From the NCBI RefSeq assembly GCF_009914755.1, contig NC_060927.1: a DNA stretch of 64,000 nt; one strand, written 5' to 3'. The translations under genes were made by a program, and so were the position numbers. Under the pieces are notes generated by a model, which had not been told where the DNA came from, ran no database searches, and saw only the letters and a list, made by a program, of their open reading frames with translations. This DNA is from the human T2T-CHM13v2.0 reference genome, Homo sapiens. This document shows, in pieces, positions 27,721-39,990 of the stretch. The stretch's first letter is position 1, and every line of letters begins with the position of its first letter.

Positions 27721-29191
27721 AACCCCCAAAACTCCTAAGTCACTGATCATTAGGCTGCAAATGCTCCACTGTAAAAACTGCATTCCAATGTGACTCAGAA
27801 GTAAATGGACCTAATTCCAAATGGAGGTCATGCCTGCCATGTCTATGTGGCCAGAATGGCCAAGTCTGAAGTGTCATTCCAGGCACATAGCCATATAACA
27901 ACTGATGTTACCTGGAAAGTTAAACGGCTGGGTCTCTACAATGCTGAGTGGATGTTACCTAGCAGAAGTGTCTTTGGTTTTCAAACTTCCACAAGACACA
28001 GTGACTATCAGTCATTTTTCAGAGCTCAGCTGGTGGGTCACTTCCTCCTGGAAGCGCTCCTGAGCCCTTCGTGCTGGGTTAGGTTTTCAGCCCTGTCCCA
28101 ATACTTCTCACATTGCATCACTTTGAGCCTGTGTTCCTGTCTGCCTCCCCTCCGGACTGCAAGCTCTTTGGGCACAAGGTCTCTTATCCACCAGCACTAA
28201 CTCAGTGCCTAACAGAGAACAGATTTGCAATACCTTTTGTTTTCCTCTTTTGAGTTGACTTTGAAAAATTTTACTTTGTCCCAGATGAGTGATGCAAAAT
28301 AGTGTATTGAGACTTTGTGCAGTTTTATCTCTGCATCTAATGTGAACGTGGTGGTTCGTGAATGTTTGGCAGCTCCTACTGCAGCCCAGACACTTCAGGA
28401 TGACCTCTCTGTAATGGTGAGAGAAGGAAAATAGAGGAGAAAGATGAAGGGAAGAGCAAAGAGCAACATAAGGAGTGGTACAGAGAGCTGGCTCCAGGGC
28501 CAGGAAGGGGTGGGCATGTGAGGCTGGCATCGGCCTGGCTGCAGACACAGCAGCCCCTCCCTAGTGGGACTGCAGGTCTGTGTGCAAAGTACCAGAAGCT
28601 GTGGGCTTGGCTCCCAAAGGGACAAATTCCAGCTTGCTCCAGGAATACTTCTTACCCTGTCTTTGAGAGTAATTGGCACTTATTTTTGAAATAATGAAAG
28701 CAAAGGATCCTATTCCTTTGCATTATCACATTTTCCACACCAACAATTTGAAATTTATTGCCTGGTAACAGGCCATGCTATGAAGACCACAGCAAAATGG
28801 AAATGACCACCCAAGATATCTGTTTGCCACCTTCATACATACCTCTTTTTTTGCCTTTTCTTTCTGTTTTCTTCCCAGTTATTTCCATTCACTCACTCTA
28901 CCTTTAGGGAGAACCTATGCTGGCTTCCCATCCTACTGCCTCTGCACAGGAGATGCTCCATGAGTACTTCAATCTCTTCCTGGAGGAATGATAGAACTGT
29001 GGCTTCACAGAAGAAACACTACATAGAAGTTTAAGGGCAAGATTAGCTCAGTAGAAGCAAGGGTTCTGATATAAATTCTGGGCCTTAAAGCATCCACTGA
29101 AGTAAATATCCTAGTTTTCTCTTTAAAAAAGAAGGTGATAATTAAATCTCTGGAGAGAGAAAAAGAAGCAAGGAGACTTCTGTATGCCATG

Positions 29192-29266
29192 AACACACAT
29201 ATACACGTGCGTGAATGTGTGTGCAAACACACGTGTGTACACACATGTACACACACACACACGCAC
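29192..29266. repeat. Degenerate (CA)/(TG) alternating purine-pyrimidine tract
   Basis: acacacatatacacgtgcgtg...acacacgtgtgtacacac. Confidence 0.85.
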
Positions 29267-29309
29267 CCATGGCTTTTGGAGTTCGTCCCCTAGAGATGCC
29301 CTGAAGATG

Positions 29310-29550
29310 ATAATACCAACTAACACTGCACACTGTGTGCCAAAACACTCTGCTTTACATGTAAGAGCTTATTTAATTCTCACAACCAACCTATGGGGTA
29401 GATACTCTGGATTAAGCCCGTTTTAGAGATGGGGAAACAGGCTCAGAGAGGTTTTAAGTAGTTTTCCCAAGATCACATGGCTAGTAAGGGCAGTGCTAGG
29501 ATTTAATCTAGCTTCCAGGTCTGAGCGCTAAGCCATTATGTTATACTTCC
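29310..29550 (-). mobile_element. MIR, near full length
   Basis: ATTTAATTCTCACAACCAACCTATG...GAAACAGGCTCAGAGAGGTT...CCCAAGATCACATGGCTAGTAAG. Confidence 0.85.
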
Positions 29551-30073
29551 TCTCGAGGAAAAATCAGTAATCAGAGTAACAACCTGAGCCAGCACAAAGG
29601 CTGTGCAAATAAAGACCATGCCTAGTGGATGTTTACTTGTATACTGAGGATTCTCCTGGTGAAATCATTACAGAGTCAAAAACATAAGCGACCCTTCATC
29701 TCTTGCAGGTATTTGTTTTTGGTGTTGACTATACACCATGAGTAGAGGAGACCTTTTCCAAGATCTAATCGAGTAGACAGGTAGAGACACAGGAATGATT
29801 CCCATTCTACTGGTAAGGAAAGTGACTTCGGGGAGGTTAAGTAACTTGCACAAGGCCTCACAGCTGGACAAGGCCAGAATTCAAACTCAGTCCACTGCCC
29901 CAAAGCCCTCGCTCTTAACTGAAGATACAAGTTAGAGACATTATGTGACTTTAAAAAGGTGCCCAGAAAAGGGGCACAGCAGGACTTCTAAGTTGGACTC
30001 TTTCATTGTTCTACAGCGTTGCTCTTAATAACAAAATGGGTTTGTTACAGAGTCTATGAAAAAGACAGAGTTA

Positions 30074-30387
30074 GGCCTGGCATCGTGGCTCACGCCTCTA
30101 ATCCCAGCACTTTGGGAGGCTGAGGCGGGTGGATCACTTGAGGGTGGGAGTTCCAGACCAGCCTGGCCAACTAGGTGAAACCCCATCTCTACTAAAAACA
30201 CAAAAATTAGCCGGGTGTGGTGGCAGGCGCTTGTAATCCCAGCTACTCAGGAGGCTGAGGCAGGAGAATCACTTGAACCCAGGAGGCAGAGGAGGTTGCA
30301 GTGAGCCGAGATCGCACCACTGTGCTCCAGCCTGGGTGACAGAGCGGACTCCATCTCAAAAAAGAAAAAAAAAAAAAAAAAAAAAAG
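30074..30387 (+). mobile_element. Alu (AluSx-like)
   Basis: Full dimer with long poly(A). Confidence 0.96.
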
Positions 30388-30487
30388 CAGACTTGGAGAC
30401 ACCCAGAAATGAGAACAAGAAAAGACAAAGAAAAATGGGAAGAGAAAAACAGCAGACCCCCAGAACGGTCACAAGGTAAGATAAAGT

Positions 30488-30690
30488 GAAGGGGAACATC
30501 ACACTCTGGGGACTGTTGTGGGGTGGGGGGAGGGGGGAGGGATAGCATTGGGAGATATACCTAAGGCTAGATGACGAGTTAGTGGGTGCAGTGCACCAGC
30601 ATGGCACATGTATACATATGTAACTAACCTGCACACTGTGCACATGTACCCTAAAACTTAAAGTATAATAATAATAAATTAAAAAAAAAA
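30488..30690 (+). mobile_element. Young L1 (L1PA2/PA3-like) 3' end, 5'-truncated
   Basis: G-rich 3'UTR, GCTAGATGACGAGTTAG (GAG rather than the Ta-type ACA), CCCTAAAACTTAAAGTATAAT and tail. Confidence 0.93.
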
Positions 30691-31873
30691 GTTCCACACA
30701 AAAAGCTGCCATCTACTGGACATACTGATTAGGTGGACAGGCTGAAAAGGGCCCCAGCTGCCCAAGTGGAGTCTTTCAAATTCTGAGAAGGCAGGGGCCA
30801 TCTATCCCACTGCCATGTTTCAGGATTTTCTGAAGTAGTGCCAAGAGGTGAGGAAGGGGAATTTCTGCTAAAGCCTTACATCTGACCCCTAATGGCCAAG
30901 CAGCGATGGTGGTAGCAGCTCCTTCAGAACAGGGATCTGTATGGTAAGGCTTTTTAGTCCCACACTCTTCCTAATAGTAGCTTATGTGCAAACTGACTAG
31001 CATAATGCCTGACACTTCTGTAGATCCATAAATTACACTTATTAACTGTCATTGAAGGATAAGAGGAAAGACAGGGGAAAAGACAAATTTTGCCTCAGAC
31101 ATAGGATTTTAAATCTTGAAACAACAAAAAGTATAGAAAGACAGAGAGACGTTTTCCTTACATCAATTCAAGCCAATATCCCATGACACACACACACACA
31201 TGCACACATGCATGCACATATAAATCTGGGCCTGCAACATGTGATAGCTTTTGTCATGTATCATATGACCTGTTTGTCAACAGCTTAGTTGGTCACAAAT
31301 GGTGTCCAGGATTATTCAAGGGACATATGGGGGTCATACATTCAGACTAATCCTGGGAATAGTTTATTGGTGATGGCTTCCAAATGAGCATCTAAAGTCT
31401 GTGAAAAGATTAAATGGAAATCCTCCAACCAAAGCAGGAAATGAAGATTTATGGGAATTATTTTGTACTCCAACTACCCAAAGAGCATTCTATTAGCAAG
31501 TTATTGCCAGGCTAATGCAAAAGCTGTTATCTATGACAGCAGCAGCTCTTAGAACTTTAGCAAGAGCAACTGTTTACTTCATCAGAATAGCCAAGAAAAT
31601 TCTCGTTATATTTTTGTTGACTGGGCCAATGTTAGAAGGTCTGGCTTACTTTAAGGTGTTCAGATTCATCCAAAGAGCTTAGAAACTTGGGCCAAAATCT
31701 GGTGTAAGTGCTATTTTCCTGACATTTCATCCATTTGCTAACCCAGTTCTATCATCTATTACCCTATGTTGTTTTTGTCAGTTTCATACAGTCCCAAACT
31801 CTGTCTTCTAATTATCTTAATTTTGGCTAAAGATGTGTCAATGTTTGTCAAATTGGACTGATTTACCATCCAG

Positions 31874-32062
31874 CAGGGATGGTAAATAGCTTTCATCTCA
31901 TATAGACTCTGATTGCTAGTGGCTACCTAGAATATTGCTGAGTAGGATTTTCAAACCTTCTCCAAGTTCAGTAGGAAAGAATTCTATGATTGATTAGAAA
32001 TGTCTGTCATGGGTAAGGGAGAGGGTAATGGTAATATGTATGCCACGTCTGTGCCATCTCTG
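31874..32062. mobile_element. hAT-type MITE fossil, family uncertain
   Basis: Imperfect terminal inverted repeats CAGGGATGGTA / TGCCATCTCTG. Confidence 0.5.
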
Positions 32063-32209
32063 AAAGGCCATTTACCACCCCACCTTTTTCTCCTTAAGCA
32101 ATCCCTGAAGTCCTGCCCCTTGGATATTTCATCCAGTGCCTTGACATCGTGACGATTCTTGTGATCCCCTCCTTTTTTCGAGAGGAATTTTCCCTTCTCC
32201 TAATATGTG

Positions 32210-32590
32210 GTATTTTATTTAAATAAAAAAGTTAATGTGTTATTTTCTGATAAAATATGAAAATAAAATATGCCAATTAAAAGCTTAGAGAATATAGAAA
32301 AGACTAGAGCAAAGAATAAAATGACCCATAAATCTACTACCTACAGATAATTTCTAACACATTTGTTTGTTGTACTTTTCTATAAATTTTTACAGTCGTG
32401 AGAATAAAGCTGGGGGGTGTGTGCTTTTTAAATTAAATTATAATCATTTGCCGGCGCTTCAAAATGTTTTTGTAAATGCTTTTGGTGGCACATACAGCTG
32501 TTCCATGATTTATTTAACCCTTCTCCTACGGTTGACTATGTAGTCAATGTTAAGTTTTTTGCTGTCATAAATAACATGACTGACATCTTA
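32210..32590 (-). mobile_element. L1ME-like fragment
   Basis: AT-rich; CCATGATTTATTTAACC and AAAATGACCCATAAATC words. Confidence 0.55.
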
Positions 32591-32741
32591 TGTAGAGTCC
32601 TTTCAAAAGTAATAATGACCAGGGCAAAGTGGTCTAACAGAATGATTTGAGTTCTTTGTGAAATTCAATATAGATTACAGTGAGCCCTGGAATATCTATC
32701 CATCCACAAAACAGTCAAGAAAGCTCCCCAAAGCAGATCTA

Positions 32742-33077
32742 AAGTTTACTAAAATGGATTAATGTCAATTAAGGCTGTATTTCACTGTGTTTGCTGCACA
32801 TCCTTGTAGCTAACAAGGAAAGCCATTTATTGTTAACAAGTTAAAATGTTAAAAATAACATCCAAATAGTAAGTCTCATATAGAGAGGATTAATTTATCT
32901 TTCATTAATTATTGAAGGTTTGCTGTTGTTAAAACATGGATTAAAAACTTGCTAAATGTTACCTGGGCTAGACACCAAGAGAAGAGACAGATTAAAAGAT
33001 AGCCATCTTTGGGCACAGAGTCATGAAATGTACCCTAGATCATCCCTATCCCTCATTTTCTTCATGGTAACTTTTCC
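32742..33077 (+). repeat. Local direct duplication A, copy 1
   Basis: Colinear similarity to 35829-36183. Confidence 0.85.
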
Positions 33078-35231
33078 TGTATGTAACTTCATGGTAACAT
33101 ACAGGTTCATACCTTTCTGTACTAACTCCCTCAGTCTTGTCGCATGGTGCCTACATGGGCCAGATGTAAAAGTTCATGAAGCTATACATGGAAGATTTGT
33201 GCATTTTGCTACCATAAAAGGATCTTACAAAGGAAGGCCCTACATTAATGTAAATTAAAAAAAAAACAGCAATAAGTATAAAGCTACTAGTTACTATGTA
33301 GTTATAATAATATAAACTGTAGCTGCCACGATTTAAAGCACCTGGACCCACCACTAGACTGTAAATAATGTGAGGGCAGAGACCATGCCTTGTGCTTCAC
33401 TGTGACTCTGACCTGAGTACCAGGTGCGCTCAGCTGCAGCAGGGGATAGGCTCGATGAGGACAGTGAAGGGAAGGCCACGCCATTCATGGCATACTCTCA
33501 GAGAAAGCACCCCTTGCCAAAATCGCAGGAGTCAGAATAGAGCATCCTAAACAAAAAGTATGCATTTGCCCTCTGAGGACATTAATCATCTGGCTTACAA
33601 AGTGAACCTATCTAATGTACTTTTTTTCCCTATTAACTGGTATCATTAAGCTAATAAAATTTATGTCTGTTAGAAACATTCTGCCAGATGTCCAGTTATT
33701 TGAAGAGGACTAAGACAAAGAATCCATGACATTTTCAATTCTCATATGTGATCACTGGTAATTTACAGCTCATCCTTTACTTCCTATTCTTGTGGCAGCA
33801 TGTGTTGCTCTGCCCCACTGACTTCGAAGACTTTCTTTTCGTCTTTGGGGCATTTCCTCTCGGATCATTACATCCACTTCAGCCCATGACCAGATCTTCA
33901 CCTCATGGTTCCTCTCCAACTTGCTTCTATGAGCCTGGGGATGGAGTCCTGGTTTCTGTCACCTAATCCAGAGACTTCTAGGGGAACTGTAACGTGTCCA
34001 CCTTCTAAAGCCACTTGCAACGGCCAGGGCCTCGTATGCTGGGTGCTTGCCCTTCTGTTCTGGCTAGTCTGCACAGCCCCTGCTATGTTTTACACCCCGA
34101 TTTCCAGCAATGGTCTTTAGAATTGCAACAAGTAGCTTATTTGCCAAAGGATAAACAAGCAAGAGATCATTTTAGAGATCTTTTTAGCTTTGTTAATAAT
34201 ACAAGTTGTGGCACCAAGAAGATGCAGTCAGAGATATGGGTTAGATGCAAGGCTTACTTGAGTCTACCATCAGAACAATTCTAAAGAACATAGAGGAGCT
34301 CCCAAATATAACCCCTAGTGTACAATGCCGATAATAGGGTACAGTGAGGTTAAGAAACGTGGCCTCAGGACAAAGCCCTCATAATCTTCTAGTATTGCAT
34401 GTCTAGAGCTAAGTGAAGTACATCTATTTGTAGAATTGCTATTGTTCTCTCTTAGGTAATACACTCAAAGTTCATGGGTCAAGCATGGATCCCTTACTGG
34501 AATGAGGATTCTGAACTACAAATCAGTTAACTGTACATGTGACTTATCATAATGAATTTCTAGACCTGGAATGCTGGGAATCATAGTGACAGCAGAGACA
34601 TCCACCAAGGGAGAGTGGGGGTATGCTTGGGTACTTGCCAGGGCTGTCTTCCTAAAGCAGGCAGTTGGGCCACAGGGTTCTCTCCAGCCTGCCATGTTAG
34701 AGTGACAGATATCCACTGACTGAGCTTCAAGGGCACACACACTACCGCCTGTGTTCTTAACATTTTCCCAGGCTCCATACTATGCATCCACCATCAACAC
34801 TTCTCAATGAACTGTAGTAATTCCCAATGGGAGGGGGATGGGAAAGAGTAGATGAGCAGGCTCACACAGTCCTCTCCCCAGAGAATCTAGAAAAGGGATA
34901 TCTGTGTAATTATTAGTGCAGGCACTCCCTCTGCTGCTGCCCTCTCTGCCTAGTCCATTCACATGTTAATCTACACACATCTAGAGACATATGCTACACC
35001 CAGTACCTTCTTTCAAGCAGACTACAGAGTGCATGGGTGTGTGTGCTCAGGTGGATGTGGCAGAATCTGGAGGGAGGCTGGCTGAAGGTATATGCTGCAG
35101 ACAGAGTAGTAAGAGAGTGAGCAGGTAAGAAAGAGAAGAAGCAATCAGAAAGCAACCCTGAGGTGCCAAGGAAGTAGGACACCATGGAACACATTCAAAA
35201 CAATATGACACTTTGCTTAATGAGTTTGTTT

Positions 35232-35527
<296 letters not shown>

Positions 35528-35828
35528 CCTTTATGACTTTTGTTAATAGCTTTGTGAATCTAACCAAATGGGATTGACATAGACTGGCATTAATACTGAT
35601 GACAATCACCTTTTCCCAAGTGGAGAGCACCTCTGATTCTGGTTTACTACAGAGGCTCTGGCTTCTTCAAATATCAACATGATTTGTAAAGTGATTAAAT
35701 TGTTTAAAAATATGCTGAATTAAATATTTATGGTTGCAGAAAAGCAGAAAGCACCAAGAAGCCTCAATTTATTTTCTAAATTTCATTTCTAAAAAGTTCA
35801 ACAATATTTGTACAATTTTAGCGATTTG

Positions 35829-36183
35829 AAGTTTACTAAAATAGATTGTCACTAAGGACTGTAAATATCATGATGTGACCATTTTTGCAGACTGTCCTTA
35901 GAGTTAACAAGGAAGAAATTTAAACAGCAAGCACCATTAACTACAAGATAAAAGGCTTTTAAAAAATCCAAATTACAATTCCCATAGGGAGAGGGTTAAT
36001 GTACCTCTTCATCAATTGTTAAAGGTATATTATTATTAAATGGATTAAAAACTTGCCAAATCTTACTTGGCCAGGCACCAGGAGGTTGGAATAATTAAAA
36101 GATAATAATCCTTAATAACCTGGAGCCATGAAATGTAACCTAGCTCATACCTACCCCTCACTCTTTTCATTGTAACCATTTCC
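35829..36183 (+). repeat. Local direct duplication A, copy 2
   Basis: Colinear similarity to 32742-33077. Confidence 0.85.
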
Positions 36184-36734
36184 ATACACTGTGAGTTCAC
36201 AGCCTCTTTTCTCCCCCAACGCACTCTGTTTTCACATCTCAGTACTTCTCTATTTTGCCTTCTTCCCTGTAGTTTGCCTGGGAATTATGTGAGAGCACTG
36301 GATGCTCTTCTACCTCCAGCAGGAAATTGCTGCTGGGGGAACTTCCTACCAGGGATAAGTTTTCCCTGTGTGGAAGGGGGTTGGGAGGGGTGTGTGTCTT
36401 GCAGGCCGCCTAGAATAGATTCCAGACCTTGGGCCACACAGCCTGGTAAGTCAACCAACAGCCTCCTCACACCTCATATTTGCATTCCAGTTCACTGAGT
36501 GATTTCACACACTGGCTGGCAATTCTTGAGCCTGCTGGAAAACCAACCAGGGATTCACCTCATCCATCACTGGTCTGCAACTGCCTTTTGAGGGCCACAG
36601 CAGGGGATGGAGAAATGTTTCTTAACCAGGGCTACATCAGCCAGTGAAGGGGGATACGCTCTCAAATGCAAACCCTGGAAAACCAGATGGATAAGAAGCA
36701 GACCTGGAGTTCAAGATGGGCTCCAAAGGTAAGA

Positions 36735-37130
36735 GAGGTAGGTTCAGATCCTGCTTCAGAGCTAACTAGTTGTATGACCCTGGGCAAGTTACCTAATCTC
36801 CTTAAACCTGTTTCTTCCTCTGTAAAATCGGGATAATAAAACCTACATTACAGGGTTTGGGAGCTTTAAAAGAAGTAACTGCAGGTAACGTACACAGCCC
36901 AGTGTGTGGTAAACAAAAATGTACTTGGTAAATGTTAAACCATTGTGCTTGGAAGTGGTGTGGGTTAATGGTCAAGAGCCTTGGGTCCGGAGCCAGACTG
37001 TTTGGGTTCAAATCCCACCCTTAGCATTTAATAGCTGAGAGCATTGGGTAACCTTCGCTGACTCAATTTATCTGTCATTAAAATGGAATTTTATTACAAC
37101 ATAGCAGATATTTAATAAATATTAGCTACT
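36735..37130 (+). mobile_element. Two tandem MIR fragments
   Basis: TGACCCTGGGCAAGTTACCTAA...CTGTAAAATCGGGATAATA; GGAGCCAGACTGTTTGGGTTCAAATCCC. Confidence 0.8.
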
Positions 37131-38260
37131 TTTATTTCATTGGCAGTAAAAACAGTTGATTGAGTTTCCACCTCAATCAACAACGTAGTAGTGAATTAAA
37201 TGAGAATTCAGTACAATGCGTATTTTTTAAAAATTGTGAAGACCTTGTATGCATTTATGACTTTTTTGGGCAGAGTCAAGCTGCGATGCTAAGGGTGTGG
37301 TTAAACTGTAATATGAAGGAAAAAATTCAAACAGGGAGCATAAACCACCCACCAGGGAGCTATTTCTTTTGTAATGTGCATTCCATTTCTTCTCCCTCAT
37401 GCTTTTTAATTCCTTCCATATTTCCTGCCATAATTATCAAATGTTTAGTTTCTGACCTCACTTTCCTGGAGACTGGAGCCCGGGGAATTTAGAATTGTTT
37501 ATTTTCTGTCCATAAACCTTTGAGTTAATGGAGCGGCTTCTGAGCAAAGAGTTTGTTGGTTTGTTTGTAGTGTCTCAGGAAGGTCGTTAGAGTTGAAAAA
37601 ATTGGTACAAAAAAAACAAGCGCTGAAATGCTTTAACTGGAAACTCGAGCCCCCAAAGAGCAGAGCAATGGATCTTCTCTTACACTTGCGCAACGTTACA
37701 GGGAACACTTGGGAAAAGGCCGTTACATTGCCCAGATGTTAACACAAAACCCGAGGACACTTCACAAAGAAGAAAATACATTTCAGAGAATCATGATCTC
37801 ACTTTAAAAGAGAGAAAGGAAAATTAATTTTGCCCCAAAAGAAGAATCCCGATTCCTCTGCCCCCGCCCCCAGGAGACAGACTTGGGAGGGAAAAGTCCC
37901 CAACTACTCTCAGTCTCCTCTGAAGTGAAGGACGGAACTGAGGCGCCTTTTTGAACTCGCTGCTGCTCCAGTCGCCGCCTCGTCCCCGTCGGCCCAGCCC
38001 GTCCCCTCTCCTCCTCCCCGCTCTCCCTCCATGTTAGCCGCGGCGGGGCTCCCGCTTACGGCCCGAACTACTTTTCCTGCTTTAAAGATTTAAGTTTCGT
38101 AAGCAGCATTACTGCCCCAGCTCCACCCCAGCACACCCCAAGGACCGAAACTCCCAGCGCCACCCCGGGAGAGCATCCCCAGGACGCGCGCCCACCCGCC
38201 CAGCGCGCAGACCCAAGAGGCCCCGGGGACCGAGTTCGGACTCCTCGGCCCCTCGCCTAC

Positions 38261-38323
38261 CTCGGCGCGGACCCAGGCGACCGCCACCAGCGCGAGCGCG
38301 AGCGCGAGCCAGCGTTTCCACAT
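38261..38323 (-). CDS. FSTL1: FSTL1 exon 2, first coding exon (signal peptide)
   Basis: 63 nt, phase 0, encodes MWKRWLALALALVAVAWVRAE, the FSTL1 N-terminus; polypyrimidine tract and CAG acceptor directly before the ATG; GTAGG donor at 38260-38256. Confidence 0.98.
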
Positions 38324-38473
38324 CTGCGGAAGAGAGAAGAGAGCGAGTCTGAAGGCGCCGGGCCCCGCGCCGACCTGGGAAACTTGCTCGGGTCCCGCAG
38401 GCTCGCTCCGGCCGCCCAAGCACCCCCGGCCGCCCGAAGAGTCCGGCCTCCGCGCCGTGCGCCCTGCGCTCAC
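38324..38473 (-). other. FSTL1: FSTL1 intron 1, 150 nt, GC-rich
   Basis: GTGAG...CTCTCTTCTCTCTTCCGCAG boundaries. Confidence 0.88.
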
Positions 38474-38573
38474 CGTGGTCTGGTCCAGGTCTCCTGGGGG
38501 CGCGGGGCAGGACGGCGGCAGCGAGCTGTAAGCGGAGGTGGGAGCTCCGCCGATCGCCAGCCTCGGAGGAAAT
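38474..38573 (-). other. FSTL1: FSTL1 non-coding exon 1 (5' UTR); 5' end approximate
   Basis: Ends ...GACCAGACCACG|GTGAG (donor 38473-38469); start placed at the Inr-like GCATTT. Confidence 0.85.
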
Positions 38574-38600
38574 GCGACCTCCCCTCGCCGCCCCTTAAGA
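38570..38600 (-). promoter_or_regulatory. Core promoter: TATA-like TCTTAAG and Inr-like GCATTT
   Basis: Isolated AT word in a GC-rich tract, starting ~27 nt upstream of CA(+1)TTT at 38573. Confidence 0.5.
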
Positions 38601-39619
38601 CCTCTCCTTCCCCGCCTGCCTGCCCCCCCAGCTCCTCCCCATTCTCCTCCCCCTTCTGCTGCAGCGGCCCCCGCGGCTCCCGCTCCCCCTCCTTCCGACC
38701 CCTGCTCCGGGGAGCCCGCGGGAGTCCTGGCGCCGCCGAACCCCTCTCTCCGCACGGTCCCTCGTCCGGCGCCCCTTCGGCCCCCTGGACGTGGAGCGGA
38801 GGCAGAGGGGGTGTCCCGTGGGTCCCTGCCACAAAGGGGTAGGGGGAAGGGAAACCCCACCCCGGGAGGGGCTGCTGGCTGGCGGCGGCCCGGGCGGGCT
38901 GCGGCGGTGGCCAGGTGGGCGGTGCCGTGGGGGGCCCGGGAAGGTCCGGGACTGGAACCTGGAGGAAAAGACGTCCCGCGGCCTAGGAAGCGGAGCCGCC
39001 CCCCATGGCTGAAGGGGGAGGCCCAGGGAGGCAGAGGAGACCCCGCATCCCGGGGTCACGGCAGCAGGGCAGCGGGGCACCGGGAAGTGGGCGCAGGGCC
39101 GGGAAGACCGGCCGGCGTGGGGAAGGCTGCTGTGGGTTCTACAGTGCATTGTCCCGGGTGAGGTGGCGGCCGCCCTGCTCTGCTGGGAAGATCCTGAGTC
39201 CAGCGTTTGCCGGCAGCCTCATCCCCTCCTTCCCTCGGGCCGGGGAGCGGTGTCCCCCTCCTCTCTTCCGCCCACTCACTCATCACCTGTGTCCCTCCTC
39301 CCATCCCTGTCATCCCAAGTAGCCTCTGTGTTCAGGATTGCCATCTTCACCACCTTCTTCCCAGCCCTTGGCCTTCGAAAGTGTGCTACCTCTTTGACAG
39401 GGTTAACTCCCTAAAATGCTCCTAATTAAGGCGCCTTTCCTGCCATAACTAGTAAGGAGAGCAGATCCACTTAGCAACTCAGATTTCACATGCCCAAGAC
39501 TAAGCCTCACTTCCCCCAGCTTCAGGGCCTGCTTATCTACCTCTTTCAGGGTGGTTGCCTTCAAACCTATCTCCTTTTCTCAGAGCCGGCTTGTACCCAT
39601 AGCCTGGCAGTTTAGCCGC

Positions 39620-39990
39620 TGAGATCTCATATGCATCCCCTCGCCTCCGTTCACATGTCCACTTTCCTAGGCCAGACCTTCATCCTCCCTCACTCAGAAA
39701 TTCTGGAAACCTCCTTTCGTTGTCCTCTGACTCCAGGCTCTCCCCTGTAGTCTCCACTGCAATCCATTGTCATATTCTTTCCCTTATTTTAAACATTGTC
39801 TTCCTCGTGTTCATGTTCTTCCTCTACTCAGAAACTTCAGCGTTCTTCTACCCACATCAAATCCAAACTCTGCCTTTCTTATAAGCCCTGCATTACTGGG
39901 CCCACCCTGTCCATCTAACTTCTCTTCAACTACATCAGCATACTTCCTCCGCTCAAAGCAGGCCCATCTCCTCGTTGTCCTCTGAACTTG
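39620..39990 (+). mobile_element. L2 fragment
   Basis: Pyrimidine-rich decayed L2 words (CTACTCAGAAACTTC, AATCCAAACTC). Confidence 0.5.

Larger units (their letters stand above)
37950..39250. promoter_or_regulatory. CpG island / FSTL1 promoter
   Basis: Very high GC and CpG density against CpG-depleted flanks; spans exons 1-2; GC-box-like motifs. Confidence 0.95.

Noticed and set aside
38090-38860. 256-aa minus-strand ORF containing the FSTL1 signal peptide
   Set aside because: Runs through promoter, exon 1, intron 1 and into intron 2; stop-poor because of GC content. Only 38261-38323 is coding.
38384-39322. Several 100-207-aa ORFs over the CpG island
   Set aside because: Pro/Gly/Arg/Ala-rich translations typical of GC-rich non-coding DNA; no recognisable domain
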